The notes under the pieces: generated by a model
What the model was told of the DNA's origin: nothing
What the model saw: only the letters and a program-made list of their open reading frames with translations
Databases searched by the model: none
NCBI GenBank assembly: GCA_963821525.1
Contig: CAWGED010000004.1
Span: 128,001-192,000, forward strand
Length of the DNA: 64,000 bases
Direction of reading: 5' to 3'
Source: an uncultured Gemmatimonadales bacterium
GTDB lineage: Bacteria; Gemmatimonadota; Gemmatimonadetes; Gemmatimonadales; GWC2-71-9
Part shown: one piece after another, positions 27,974 to 36,828 of the stretch
Position numbering within the stretch: the stretch's first letter is position 1
Layout of the letters: each line of letters opens with the position of its first letter
Program-made: the position numbers and the translations under genes

Positions 27974-28940
27974 CCAGCGCCCTTCGCACGTAGACCGGCA
28001 CCATATCCTTGCGCCAGCCGATCGTGAAATCGGTGTTGTCGAGCGGCTTGGCTCTTCGCGCGGCAGCAGTGGCGGCAGCAGTGATGGATTCGTCGGTGAG
28101 CGACTGACCGACCAGCACCTTCTCCGCTTCCTCGCTCTCCATCGGCCAGGATCCCACGGCACCAACCACAATCCGCGCCGCACGGACCAGACCCTGGGGA
28201 TCGAGATCCACCCACGCGGCGACCCCCAATACCGGAAAATCGAAGGCACCCCGGCGCCTGAGCTTCTGATAGTCTGCGCGAGAGGTCCCCAGCGCGGGCA
28301 CCTCGATCCGGACTAGCAACTCGTCCGGCTGTTTGGTGAGAAACTCTATCCCGTCGTTCCGGTAGAGCGAAGCCGCGGGAATCGAGCGGCTTCCTTTGGG
28401 TCCCATCATCGTCACGCTGGCGCCGAGTGCGACCATCACCGGAGCGAGATCGCTCGATTGCACCGCCCAGCAGCGGGGACTCGAAGGAGCCACCCAGCAG
28501 ATCTTGCCGTCCTTCTTCATGCAGAAGTCGATCGCGCGCCGCCACTCGTAGGTCTGGTCGTAGTAATTGCAGCGCGTGTCGAGCAGCAGATTCCCGCCCA
28601 CAGTACCCATGTTTTGCAGGATGGGCGTCGAGATCGTGGCTGCGGCACGAGACAAGACGGGCCACTCCTGCCGCATCAGCGGATGGTGAATCAGCCGAGT
28701 CAGCGTCACAGCCGACCCGATTCTCAGCTGCCCTTCCGCTCCCCGGTCCAGCAGACCCAACTCTGGCACTCGACGGATGTCGATGACATGACGCGGCGTC
28801 TGTTGCAGCCGCTTCATGTTGGGGTAGAGGTCAGTTCCTCCGGCGACGTAAGACGCGTCCAGCCCGTGAGCGGTCTTGATGCGAACCGCCTCGTCTACCG
28901 TGGCGGGGAAGCTGGGCGCGAAAGCGGGCAGGCGCAGCAT
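27915..28940 (-). CDS. Xanthine dehydrogenase family FAD subunit with [4Fe-4S] insertion (HcrB-like)
   Basis: AGGTDL, GTVGGN, DTRCNYYDQ..WR..C.KKDG.IC......RC, AFDFP. Confidence 0.9.
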   Translation of the reverse strand: MLRLPAFAPSFPATVDEAVRIKTAHGLDASYVAGGTDLYPNMKRLQQTPRHVIDIRRVPELGLLDRGAEGQLRIGSAVTLTRLIHHPLMRQEWPVLSRAAATISTPILQNMGTVGGNLLLDTRCNYYDQTYEWRRAIDFCMKKDGKICWVAPSSPRCWAVQSSDLAPVMVALGASVTMMGPKGSRSIPAASLYRNDGIEFLTKQPDELLVRIEVPALGTSRADYQKLRRRGAFDFPVLGVAAWVDLDPQGLVRAARIVVGAVGSWPMESEEAEKVLVGQSLTDESITAAATAAARRAKPLDNTDFTIGWRKDMVPVYVRRALVSLLRPSSPSDAAGLPPAG

Positions 28941-28942
28941 GA

Positions 28943-31387
28943 TCAGGCCGTGGGCACAGCGGTGGAACGCGGCGTCGCCTTACCGTCGCCACCCTCGGCC
29001 GGTGTGCGCACGCAGACCGGCTCCGGCCAGATGATGTGCGGAGTCGAGCTGGGGCCGAACCGCGGCTCGGCTCCCTTGGCCTTGGCCTGCAGCGCCTTGT
29101 ACACCTTGGGCGGGCTCATCGGCACTTCGTCGACCCTGACCCCGACCGCATCGTAGATCGCGTTGGCCACGGCGGGCATGATCGGCAGCAACGGGCCCTG
29201 ACCCGCTTCCTTTGCCCCAAAGGGACCGTTGGCATCAGGTCCCTCGACCAGATAAGTGATCACGTCGGGCATTTCCCAGGTCGTGGGACTCTTGTATTCC
29301 AGCATCGAGGGGAACTTGTGCACCACATTGCGGTTCTCGCGGTACACCATCTCCTCCATCAACGCCTCACCCAGACCCATGTAAACGCTGCCCTCGACCT
29401 GCCCCATGACCAGCACCGGGTTGATGCTGCGGCCGATGTCGTGCGCAATCCAGATAGTAGGAACCCGCACGATACCGGTCTCGGGATCTACTTCGACTTC
29501 GGCGACAGCAGCCGAATAGCTGTACGCCGCGGACGGGCCGACACCGGCGCCACGGTATTTCCCGGGCGGCTTGGGTGGTGCGTAACTCCCGACCGAACCG
29601 ATCGTCCCGAAGCGGGACTCCGCCACGACCACTGCCTCGGCGAAGCTCAGGCCCGGTTCGGGATTCTCTACGTCAAACACCCTGCCTTTGACGAACACGA
29701 TGCGCTCCGGACTCGCGTTCAGCTTCGCCGCCACCGCCTCCGCGATTTGCGCACGGGCTCGCTCGGCCGCTTGAATCGCCGCTTGCCCCGTCATCAGCGT
29801 GACTCGCGACGAGTAGCTGCCGAGGTCGACCGGGGTGAGATCGGTATCGGCGGTGACGACGGCGATGTCGGCCGGTTCAATGCCCAGGATCTCCGCGACG
29901 ATCAATGCGAGGACGGTATCTGAGCCCTGACCGATTTCGGTGGACCCGCAGAAGACCGTCACCCCGCCGCCTCGATCGCATTTGATCTGCACCCCGGAAT
30001 GGGGCATCTCGTTCCAGTAGATCGCCACACCGGCGCCCGTGATGTAGGAGGAACAGGCCAGCCCGATGCCGCGGCCATAGGGCAGCTTGCCGTAACGCTC
30101 CTTCCACCGTGAGCCGGCGACGACTTTCTCGATACACTCGCCCAGCCCGATCGTACCGACACGGAGCCAGTTCGCGGTGATTGTGTTCGGCTTCACCAGG
30201 TGTTTGAGCCGCATCTCCGCGGGGTCGAGCTTCAACTCCTCCGCGATCTTGTCGAGCTGAACCTCCAGCGCGAAGCGTGGCTGCGGAGTGCCGTGACCCC
30301 GCTTGGGACCGCAGGGAGGCTTGTTGGTGAACGCCCGGGCGCCTTTGAACCGGTAGGATGGGATTTCGTAGGTGACGGTCTGCAAGGCGCCGGTGTAGTA
30401 GGTACTCGCGACGCCATAGGAGCCGTAGGCACCACCATCCAGATACGATTCGAAATCCATCGCGGTGATGGCGCCTAGCTTCGTCACTCCGGTCCGGATC
30501 TTCATGAGGACCGGGTGCCGTCCCCGATGACAGTAGAACACCTCTTCCCGCGTGAGGCAGATCTTGACCGGGCGCCCGGTCATCATGGCCAGCTTCGCGA
30601 CCACGATCTCGTGATTGAAGGGATCGCTCTTCCCGCCGAACCCTCCGCCGTTCGGGGTCGCGATCACGCGAATCCGGCTGGGCGGCAACTCCAGCACCTT
30701 TGCCAGCGCCCGATGCACGTAGTGCGGGCACTGGGTCGAGCTCCAGACGGTCACCTTTCCCGCGGCCGAGAACTCCGCCACGGCGGCGTGCTGCTCCATC
30801 GGGAGGTGAGTGTTGCCTTCGTAGAAGAAGAGATCCTCCCGGATCAGGTCGGCCGCCGCGAAGCCGCCTTCCAGGTCGCCAAACTCGAGATTGACCTGCT
30901 TGTGCAGGTTGCCGCTGTCTGCGTAATCGTGAAGCTGGGGGGCCGGAGTTGTTACGGCGTCATCCACCGATCCAATGGTGGTCAGCGGCTCGTAGGTGAC
31001 CTCGATCAGCCGGCAGGCTTCCGCGGCAATGTCTTCGTCCCGCGCCGCGACCGCTGCGACCGGGTCGCCGATGAAGCGGACCACATCGGGACAGAGGGCG
31101 TGCTCGTCCTGGCTGACCGGAAGCACTCCGAACGGAATGGGAAAATCGGCGCCGGTAACCACGGCGTGGACGCCGGGCAGGGCCGCCGCGCGGGAGGTAT
31201 CGATCCGCACGACGCGCGCATGCGGATGAGGACTCCGCAGCAGCTTGCACCAGAGCATCCGGGGAAGGATCAGATCATCGGCGAAGCGGGTCTGGCCCGT
31301 CACCTTGGCCACGCCGTCAATCCGCGGATGCGGTGTGCCTACGACCTGGAAGTCGCGGTCCTTGCCGTCCTTCCGATCAGTGGCCAT
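28943..31387 (-). CDS. Xanthine dehydrogenase family molybdopterin subunit (HcrA-like)
   Basis: KVTG, LRSPHPHA, GGGFGGK, RGHGTPQ, EIGQG, GSYSSR, GQVEG, GPFGAKE. Confidence 0.92.
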   Translation of the reverse strand: MATDRKDGKDRDFQVVGTPHPRIDGVAKVTGQTRFADDLILPRMLWCKLLRSPHPHARVVRIDTSRAAALPGVHAVVTGADFPIPFGVLPVSQDEHALCPDVVRFIGDPVAAVAARDEDIAAEACRLIEVTYEPLTTIGSVDDAVTTPAPQLHDYADSGNLHKQVNLEFGDLEGGFAAADLIREDLFFYEGNTHLPMEQHAAVAEFSAAGKVTVWSSTQCPHYVHRALAKVLELPPSRIRVIATPNGGGFGGKSDPFNHEIVVAKLAMMTGRPVKICLTREEVFYCHRGRHPVLMKIRTGVTKLGAITAMDFESYLDGGAYGSYGVASTYYTGALQTVTYEIPSYRFKGARAFTNKPPCGPKRGHGTPQPRFALEVQLDKIAEELKLDPAEMRLKHLVKPNTITANWLRVGTIGLGECIEKVVAGSRWKERYGKLPYGRGIGLACSSYITGAGVAIYWNEMPHSGVQIKCDRGGGVTVFCGSTEIGQGSDTVLALIVAEILGIEPADIAVVTADTDLTPVDLGSYSSRVTLMTGQAAIQAAERARAQIAEAVAAKLNASPERIVFVKGRVFDVENPEPGLSFAEAVVVAESRFGTIGSVGSYAPPKPPGKYRGAGVGPSAAYSYSAAVAEVEVDPETGIVRVPTIWIAHDIGRSINPVLVMGQVEGSVYMGLGEALMEEMVYRENRNVVHKFPSMLEYKSPTTWEMPDVITYLVEGPDANGPFGAKEAGQGPLLPIMPAVANAIYDAVGVRVDEVPMSPPKVYKALQAKAKGAEPRFGPSSTPHIIWPEPVCVRTPAEGGDGKATPRSTAVPTA

Positions 31388-31922
31388 ACAGACTCTCGCG
31401 CGTCGGTTCCGCGGCTTCGCCGCGCATGCGGGCAGCTGCCAGCTCCACCGCCTCGTAGATTTTCACGTATCCGGTGCAGCGGCAGAGATTGCCGCCCAGC
31501 GCAGAAACGATCTCCGGCCGAGCCGGGGCCGGGTTCTCCTCGAGGAGTGCCTTCGCGGTCAGCAGAATCCCCGGGGTGCAGTAACCACACTGCGCCGCAC
31601 CCAACTCGGCGAACGCCTGCTGCAACGGGTGAAGCTCCGCGCCTGCCGCAAGACCTTCCACCGTGGTGACCGACCGATTCTCGCAGGCCACTCCCAGCTC
31701 GAGGCAGGAGAGGATGGGAACACCGTCGACTAAGACGGTGCAGGTCCCGCATTCGCCGAGCTCACATCCGTGCTTGGTGCCGGTGAGTTGTAAGTCTTCG
31801 CGAAGCACTTCAAGGAGAGTCTTCTGGGGGGCGACGAGACATTCAACCCGCTCTCCGTTCACCTCGAGGGAGAGTGGAGATTTTGGTAAAGATGGGGTAA
31901 GCGTCACCAAAGGATTTCCCAT
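31377..31922 (-). CDS. Xanthine dehydrogenase family 2x[2Fe-2S] subunit (HcrC/CoxS-like)
   Basis: GCELGECGTC, QCGYCTPG, GNLCRCTGY. Confidence 0.95.
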   Translation of the reverse strand: MGNPLVTLTPSLPKSPLSLEVNGERVECLVAPQKTLLEVLREDLQLTGTKHGCELGECGTCTVLVDGVPILSCLELGVACENRSVTTVEGLAAGAELHPLQQAFAELGAAQCGYCTPGILLTAKALLEENPAPARPEIVSALGGNLCRCTGYVKIYEAVELAAARMRGEAAEPTRESLYGH

Positions 31923-31939
31923 CGAGCCTCGCTGTCTGA

Positions 31940-32012
31940 CTCCTGGTCCGCCTCGTCCGTCTTGTTCGCCCTGTCCGCCCAACCGCCATGCCGCCCGACC
32001 GCCTTCCCGCCC
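31940..32012. repeat. Degenerate 9-mer and 8-mer tandem repeats with CCGCC cores
   Basis: Direct reading. Confidence 0.55.
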
Positions 32013-32015
32013 GAA

Positions 32016-32333
32016 TTACAACGGCTTCAATTTCGCCAGCACCTCCGCCACCACTCCCGCAGGAACCCTGCATGCCAGCTCCGCCTGTCGAGCTTCCCAA
32101 TCGGCGCTTCGCAGGTGATCGGCCAGGACCACGCCCCGAACCGGCAGGTCGTCGGGCAAGGCGACCTCGAAGGGATAGCCCTTCGCCGAAGGGGCGATCG
32201 CGCACATGAGAGCCAGTCGCGCCCTGCTGTTGTAGTGCGCCGGCGAGACCACGAGCGCGGCGCGGCGCGCGACCTTCTGCCCGTTATCAGGCTCGACCGT
32301 CACCCACACTACATCGCCTCGGTCCGGCGTCAC
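32016..32333 (-). CDS. mazF: PemK/MazF family toxin (active-site motifs degenerate)
   Basis: PDRGDVVWV, ALVVSP..YN, KGYPFEV, GVVLAD.LRS.DW.AR. Confidence 0.85.
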   Translation of the reverse strand: MTPDRGDVVWVTVEPDNGQKVARRAALVVSPAHYNSRARLALMCAIAPSAKGYPFEVALPDDLPVRGVVLADHLRSADWEARQAELACRVPAGVVAEVLAKLKPL

Positions 32334-32569
32334 ACGACCTCACGCCCGACCGGCTTACCCCAGTCGGTTTCACCGTGACGGTTCTCTGGCGTGATCTGAT
32401 CGGCCAACTCCTCGAGCCCATACTCCCGGCCTAGGGGAGTCAGGACGATGCGACCGCCGGAGACACTGATATCAACCTCAGACCCCTCGGCCAAGCCCGT
32501 TTCCAGACTGAACGCCTTGGGGATTCTGATTCCCAAACTATTACCCCACTTCGAGATACGTGCGCGCAT
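32330..32569 (-). CDS. mazE: AbrB/MazE family antitoxin
   Basis: ISKWGNSLGIRIPK...ITPENRHGETDWGKPVGREV; GTGA overlap with the toxin. Confidence 0.92.
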   Translation of the reverse strand: MRARISKWGNSLGIRIPKAFSLETGLAEGSEVDISVSGGRIVLTPLGREYGLEELADQITPENRHGETDWGKPVGREVV

Positions 32570-32584
32570 CAGATGCGACCATGT

Positions 32585-32626
32585 TGTATATACATTGAAG
32601 ATACGGACAATGAATGAGTCGGTCAA
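32585..32626 (-). promoter_or_regulatory. mazEF promoter and palindromic operator
   Basis: TTGACC-N17-TATCTT followed by the TGTATATACA palindrome. Confidence 0.75.
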
Positions 32627-32650
32627 GTTGTATCGTGCGTTTTCTCGAAC

Positions 32651-32679
32651 TGGACGCGATCCCGCCACCATTCTAGCTT
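32651..32679 (+). promoter_or_regulatory. Candidate promoter for the metal-uptake island (near-leaderless)
   Basis: TGGACG-N17-TAGCTT, 8 nt before ATG 32688, no SD. Confidence 0.5.
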
Positions 32680-32687
32680 CGATCCCC

Positions 32688-33029
32688 ATGCGAGCTTCTA
32701 GTCGCCGCCGCTCGGCGCTCACCCTGCTGGTCGTGGTCCTCCTCGGGGGGATCATCATGCCGGGTGTGGATGCCATACTGTTCCACGGACGCGGCGCCGG
32801 CACAACCTTCGGAGCCCGCCTCGAAGCCACCAGTAGCGGTGAGCATGCAGTTCAGTGTCCCCAGGCCGACCAGCTTCGCAGCGGTCGCGCCCTCGCCGCG
32901 ACTCCGCCTCAGACCAACACCGCGCCTCCGATTGGAATCGCGGTCATCGTTTGCAACACTCCTCTCCTGCTCTCCACTCCGGTCCATACTCCGGTACTCC
33001 CTCGCGCACCGCCGTCGCTCCTCGCCTGA
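32688..33029 (+). CDS. RAPP-motif leader/arrest peptide 1 (DUF2946/CruR-like, 113 aa)
   Basis: Basic then hydrophobic N-terminus, DAILFH, HAVQC, Pro-rich linker, LPRAPPSLLA*; paralogue at 36411. Confidence 0.75.
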   Translation: MRASSRRRSALTLLVVVLLGGIIMPGVDAILFHGRGAGTTFGARLEATSSGEHAVQCPQADQLRSGRALAATPPQTNTAPPIGIAVIVCNTPLLLSTPVHTPVLPRAPPSLLA

Positions 33030-33103
33030 TCAGCTCATTTCCCGATAACTGATTAACCAGTCCGGTCACGGCTTCTTTCGGCCGGATCTTGCTCTGGAGT
33101 TCT

Positions 33104-34468
33104 ATGACAGACCGCTCACGTTGTGCGGTCCTCCTGTTCGTCCTCCTCATGGCGAGGTGGAGGGATCGCCAAACGCGCAGGTTCCCGATTCCGCTCTCGG
33201 CGCAGTCCACGCGCTGAACGCGCGGCTCGACTCTCTGGAGGCGGGGACCTGTCCCACGGGACCGGCGGTTCAAATCCCGGTCCACCCTACTGGTGCACCG
33301 GGAGCAGACAGTCTTGCATCAGCCCTCGACCAATTGAATCAGCGCGTCGAGAAGCTCGTAGCCCAACGTTGCCTGGGAGCCGCACCCGATACCACAACCG
33401 ACGACCTCGCGGCGTTGCGGGCGGCCGCCGACTCCGCCGCAGGACGGCCGGTTTCGGCGCCGAAGGACACCACGGCCGCCGGCGGCACCGAGTTCATTGG
33501 GCGCCAGCGCAACGGCTCAGCCATGAATCCGGAAATCAGCGCCACGGGGGACATTCGGCTCATCGGGGAGGACGGCACCGAGCATTTCAAGGCGACAGGC
33601 GCGGGAATTCGAGGTGGGGCTGCAGTCCACTCTGGATCCCTACTCAACCGCCAAGGTCTTCCTGACCTTCGAAGACGATCACGTCGGAGCGGAGGAAGGC
33701 TATCTGTACTGGACCGGTCTGCCCGGGCGGATCAGGGCGGACGTGGGACTCTTCCGGCAACAGGTCGGCGACCTCAATCGCTGGCACCTCCATGCGCTCC
33801 CCGAATCGGAGTACCCGCTGGTCTATCGCCGCTATTTCGGCGACGACGGATTATCGGGCGTAGGCCTCTCGCTCTACACCGCCCTCCCGGTTTCCCTGGC
33901 ACACGGCACCCACGAGATTTGGTTCCAGGGAACTTCGGCCGAGAGCGATCCGCTCTTCGGAAGCGACCACCACACCACCCTCTTAGGCCGGCTCCAGAAC
34001 TTCTGGCAACTGAGCCGGAGCACCTATGGGCAGATCGGATTCACGGCATTCGGGGGAGACAACTCCGACAGCGCGCTTACCAGCCGGGTACTGGGCCTCG
34101 ATGCCCGGCTGACCTGGCGTCCACCCAATGCCGGCACCCGGCAGGACCTTACCCTGAGAGCCGAAGGCTATCAGTTCCATTCCACCGAGGCGGGTCTCAC
34201 ACAGACTCGTTACGGTGGCTTTATTGACGCGGCGTTCCGGGTTAGCCAGCGCTGGATCCTCGGCGCCCGTTACGACTACGTCGAAACACCGCGGGGCCCT
34301 GATACGAATGAATGGGGAATAGCACCCGCCATTACCTGGTGGCAGAGTGAGTTCGTGTATCTCCGGCTGGAAGGGCAGCATCTCGACAACAGCGTCAACG
34401 GCACCGACAACCGGGTTCTGCTCCAGGCGGTGTTCGCCATGGGCCCCCACAAGCATGAGACCTACTGA
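33104..34468 (+). CDS. Outer-membrane beta-barrel metal-uptake porin-like protein (frameshifts near 33160 and 33605)
   Basis: TGGAG RBS, signal peptide, coiled coil, MNPEISA.GD, G.LN.WH.HALP, WWQSEF..LRL, C-terminal GPHKHETY. Confidence 0.75.
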
Positions 34469-34469
34469 T

Positions 34470-35557
34470 ATGATTCTCGCCCTTCTCGCCATCGCTACCG
34501 GCATCTTCGCCGAGCCGCCCAGTCATTATCCTGCCGAGCCACCGAGCCGCCGAGCCGCCGAGCCGCCGAGCCGTCCTGCCGCCGCGCCGCTCAAGATCGT
34601 CACCAGCCTCACGACCTACGGCGCCATCGCGCGGGAGATCGCCGGCGACCGCGGCACCGTCACCTCCATCGCCCAGGGCGACGAAGACCCGCACTTCGTG
34701 CAGCCCAAGCCGAGCTTCGTGGCGCTGCTCCGCGACGCGGACCTCTTCGTCACCACCGGGCTCGACCTCGAGCTCTGGGTTCCCGCCCTCCTCGACCGGG
34801 CCAACAACCGAAAGGTCTTGGAGGGGGGCCGGGGTACGTCGCGGCCTACACCGGCATCACGCTGCTCGAGGTCCCGACCAGTTGAATCGGGCGCAGGGGG
34901 ACATTCACGCCGACGGCAATCCCCACATTCACACCGATCCGCTGAATGGGATCATCATCGCGCGGAACATCCTCACCGGCTTGACCCGGGTCTCGCCGGG
35001 AGATGCCGGCTACTTCACCGATCGGGAGAAGGATTTCGAGAAGCGGGTTCTCGAGGCCACCATGGGGCAGGAGCTGGTCGGCATCCTGACTCCCGCCACC
35101 GCGTTCGACCTGCTCAAGACCGACAAGCTGTTCGACTTCATCGGTCGCACCAAGTATCAGGGCAAGCCGCTCGCGGATCAGCTCGGCGGCTGGCTCAAGC
35201 AGGGTGAGGTGTTCCGGGGGAAGGAAATGGCCTGCTACCACAAGGAGTGGGCCTATTTCAGCAACCGCTTCCAAGGTCACCTGCGCCACATACATCGAGG
35301 CCAAGCCGGGCATCCCGCCGACCCCGAAGCACGTGGAGGAGGTCATCGCGCTCGATGAAGGAGCGGAAGATTCCGGTGCTCTTCGCGTCCAACTACTTCA
35401 ACCGCTCGCAGATCGAGCAGGTGGCGGACAAGACCGGCGCCAAGGCAGTGATCGTGCCGGAGAACACCCACGGCGCGCCGGGCATCGAGACCTACTTTGA
35501 CCTCATCAACGCCTGGGTCTCCGGCCTCGGCTCGAGCCTACAACGGAGGGCGTCTGA
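34470..35557 (+). CDS. Metal ABC substrate-binding protein (ZnuA/TroA cluster; several frameshifts)
   Basis: EDPHFV.PKPS, GDIHADGNPH..TDP, YHKEW.YF, IEAKPGIPPT.KH. Confidence 0.85.
34510..34572. repeat. Octamer (GCCGAGCC)n array inside the coding sequence
   Basis: Direct reading; encodes AEPPS..AEPPSRRAAEPPSRP. Confidence 0.8.
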
Positions 35558-36403
35558 TGCTCGACCAGTTGTGCACACTCTGGCTGCCGCCGCTGGTGGC
35601 CTGCATGGTCATCGTGGCGATCCATTCGTATCTCGGACTCCATGTCATCGCGCGCGAGGTCATCTTCGTGGACCTCTCGCTGGCGCAGATGGCGGCGCTG
35701 GGATCCACCATTGCCATTTTCGCCGGCGCCGATCCCGATTCGACTCGCAGCTTCGCCTATGCCCTGGGCTTTACCACGCTGGGTGCCGCGCTGTTCGCGC
35801 TGACCCGCACCGGCAATCACGGGCGGGTGCCTCAGGAGGCGATCATCGGCATCGTGTTCGTCGTTGCCTCCGCAGCCGCCATTCTGGTGGCCGACCGGTC
35901 GCCGCGGGGCGGCGAGGCAATCAAGGACATCCTGGTGGGGAGCCTGCTCTGGGTGGGCTGGCCGGCGATCGGCCGACTGGCGGTGGTCTATCTCCTCGTC
36001 GGGCTCTTTCACTGGGTCCTGCGGAAGCGGTTCCTCACCATTTCCTTCGAGCCGGAGGTCGCGATCGCCAAGGGGTGGAACCTGAGCTGTGGGATTTCCT
36101 GTTCTATCTCTCGTTCGGCCTGGTGATCACCTTCTCGGTGCCGATCGTCGGAGTGCTGCTGGTCTTCTCCTTCCTGGTGGTCCCGGCGGCGATCGCATTT
36201 CAGTTTGCCCACGGCAGGGGGCGCTGGCGATTCTCTCCTGGCTGGCCGGTGTGATTTCCTCGGCGGGCGGGCTCTGGCTCTCGTTCCGTTACGATCTGCC
36301 TACCGGCCCGGTAGTGGTCTGCGTGTTTGGTCTCCTGCTCCTGCTTGCCTACACGGCTCGAAAGGTCATGGGGGTCGAGAGTAAGAGAGCGGTTCCAGCG
36401 TGA
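35557..36403 (+). CDS. Metal ABC transporter permease (ZnuB/ABC-3; frameshifts near 36085 and 36220)
   Basis: YLGLHVIAREVIFVDLSLAQ.AALG, EAIIGIV, GVLLVFSFLVVPA, DLPTGP. Confidence 0.88.
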
Positions 36404-36410
36404 GTTCGTG

Positions 36411-36752
36411 ATGCGTCGGCTGCAAGTTGGGTTTCAGGCGCTGTGTGCCGCCATTCTTCTGGTGGCGGGCAGTGCCTTGCCGACGTACGACGCTATTTGC
36501 TATCACGGCGCTCGCTTCCCGGATCGTGGACAGGTCCGGATCGAGGCGGCCACCGGTGGTACCGCGCACCTCCTGACCTGTGCCCTTGGGCGCCAGTTCC
36601 AGCGCTCGAGGGCAGTGCTTCCACATTCCGCACCAACACGGTGGTTGCCTCGGACGGCGCCTATCACGCCGCTCCCTCCGCCGCCGGTCGCTCCCCCTGC
36701 GCCGGCTCCTACCCTTCAACGATCGCGCGCCCCTCCAGTCCCCATCGCCTGA
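36411..36752 (+). CDS. RAPP-motif leader/arrest peptide 2 (DUF2946/CruR-like, 113 aa)
   Basis: Hydrophobic N-terminus, DAICYH, HLLTC, Pro-rich linker, RSRAPPVPIA*. Confidence 0.75.
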   Translation: MRRLQVGFQALCAAILLVAGSALPTYDAICYHGARFPDRGQVRIEAATGGTAHLLTCALGRQFQRSRAVLPHSAPTRWLPRTAPITPLPPPPVAPPAPAPTLQRSRAPPVPIA

Positions 36753-36797
36753 TCTCCTGGTGATCAGCTGATATCGCCGCTTTCCGGTCCTGCCGGG

Positions 36798-36828
36798 GAG
36801 ACGGCCTTCTTGGACATGGGAGGGTCTC
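36798..36828 (+). promoter_or_regulatory. RBS-sequestering hairpin ahead of the TonB-dependent receptor gene
   Basis: GAGAC/GTCTC and CCTTCT/GGGAGG pairing buries the SD immediately before ATG 36829. Confidence 0.65.
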
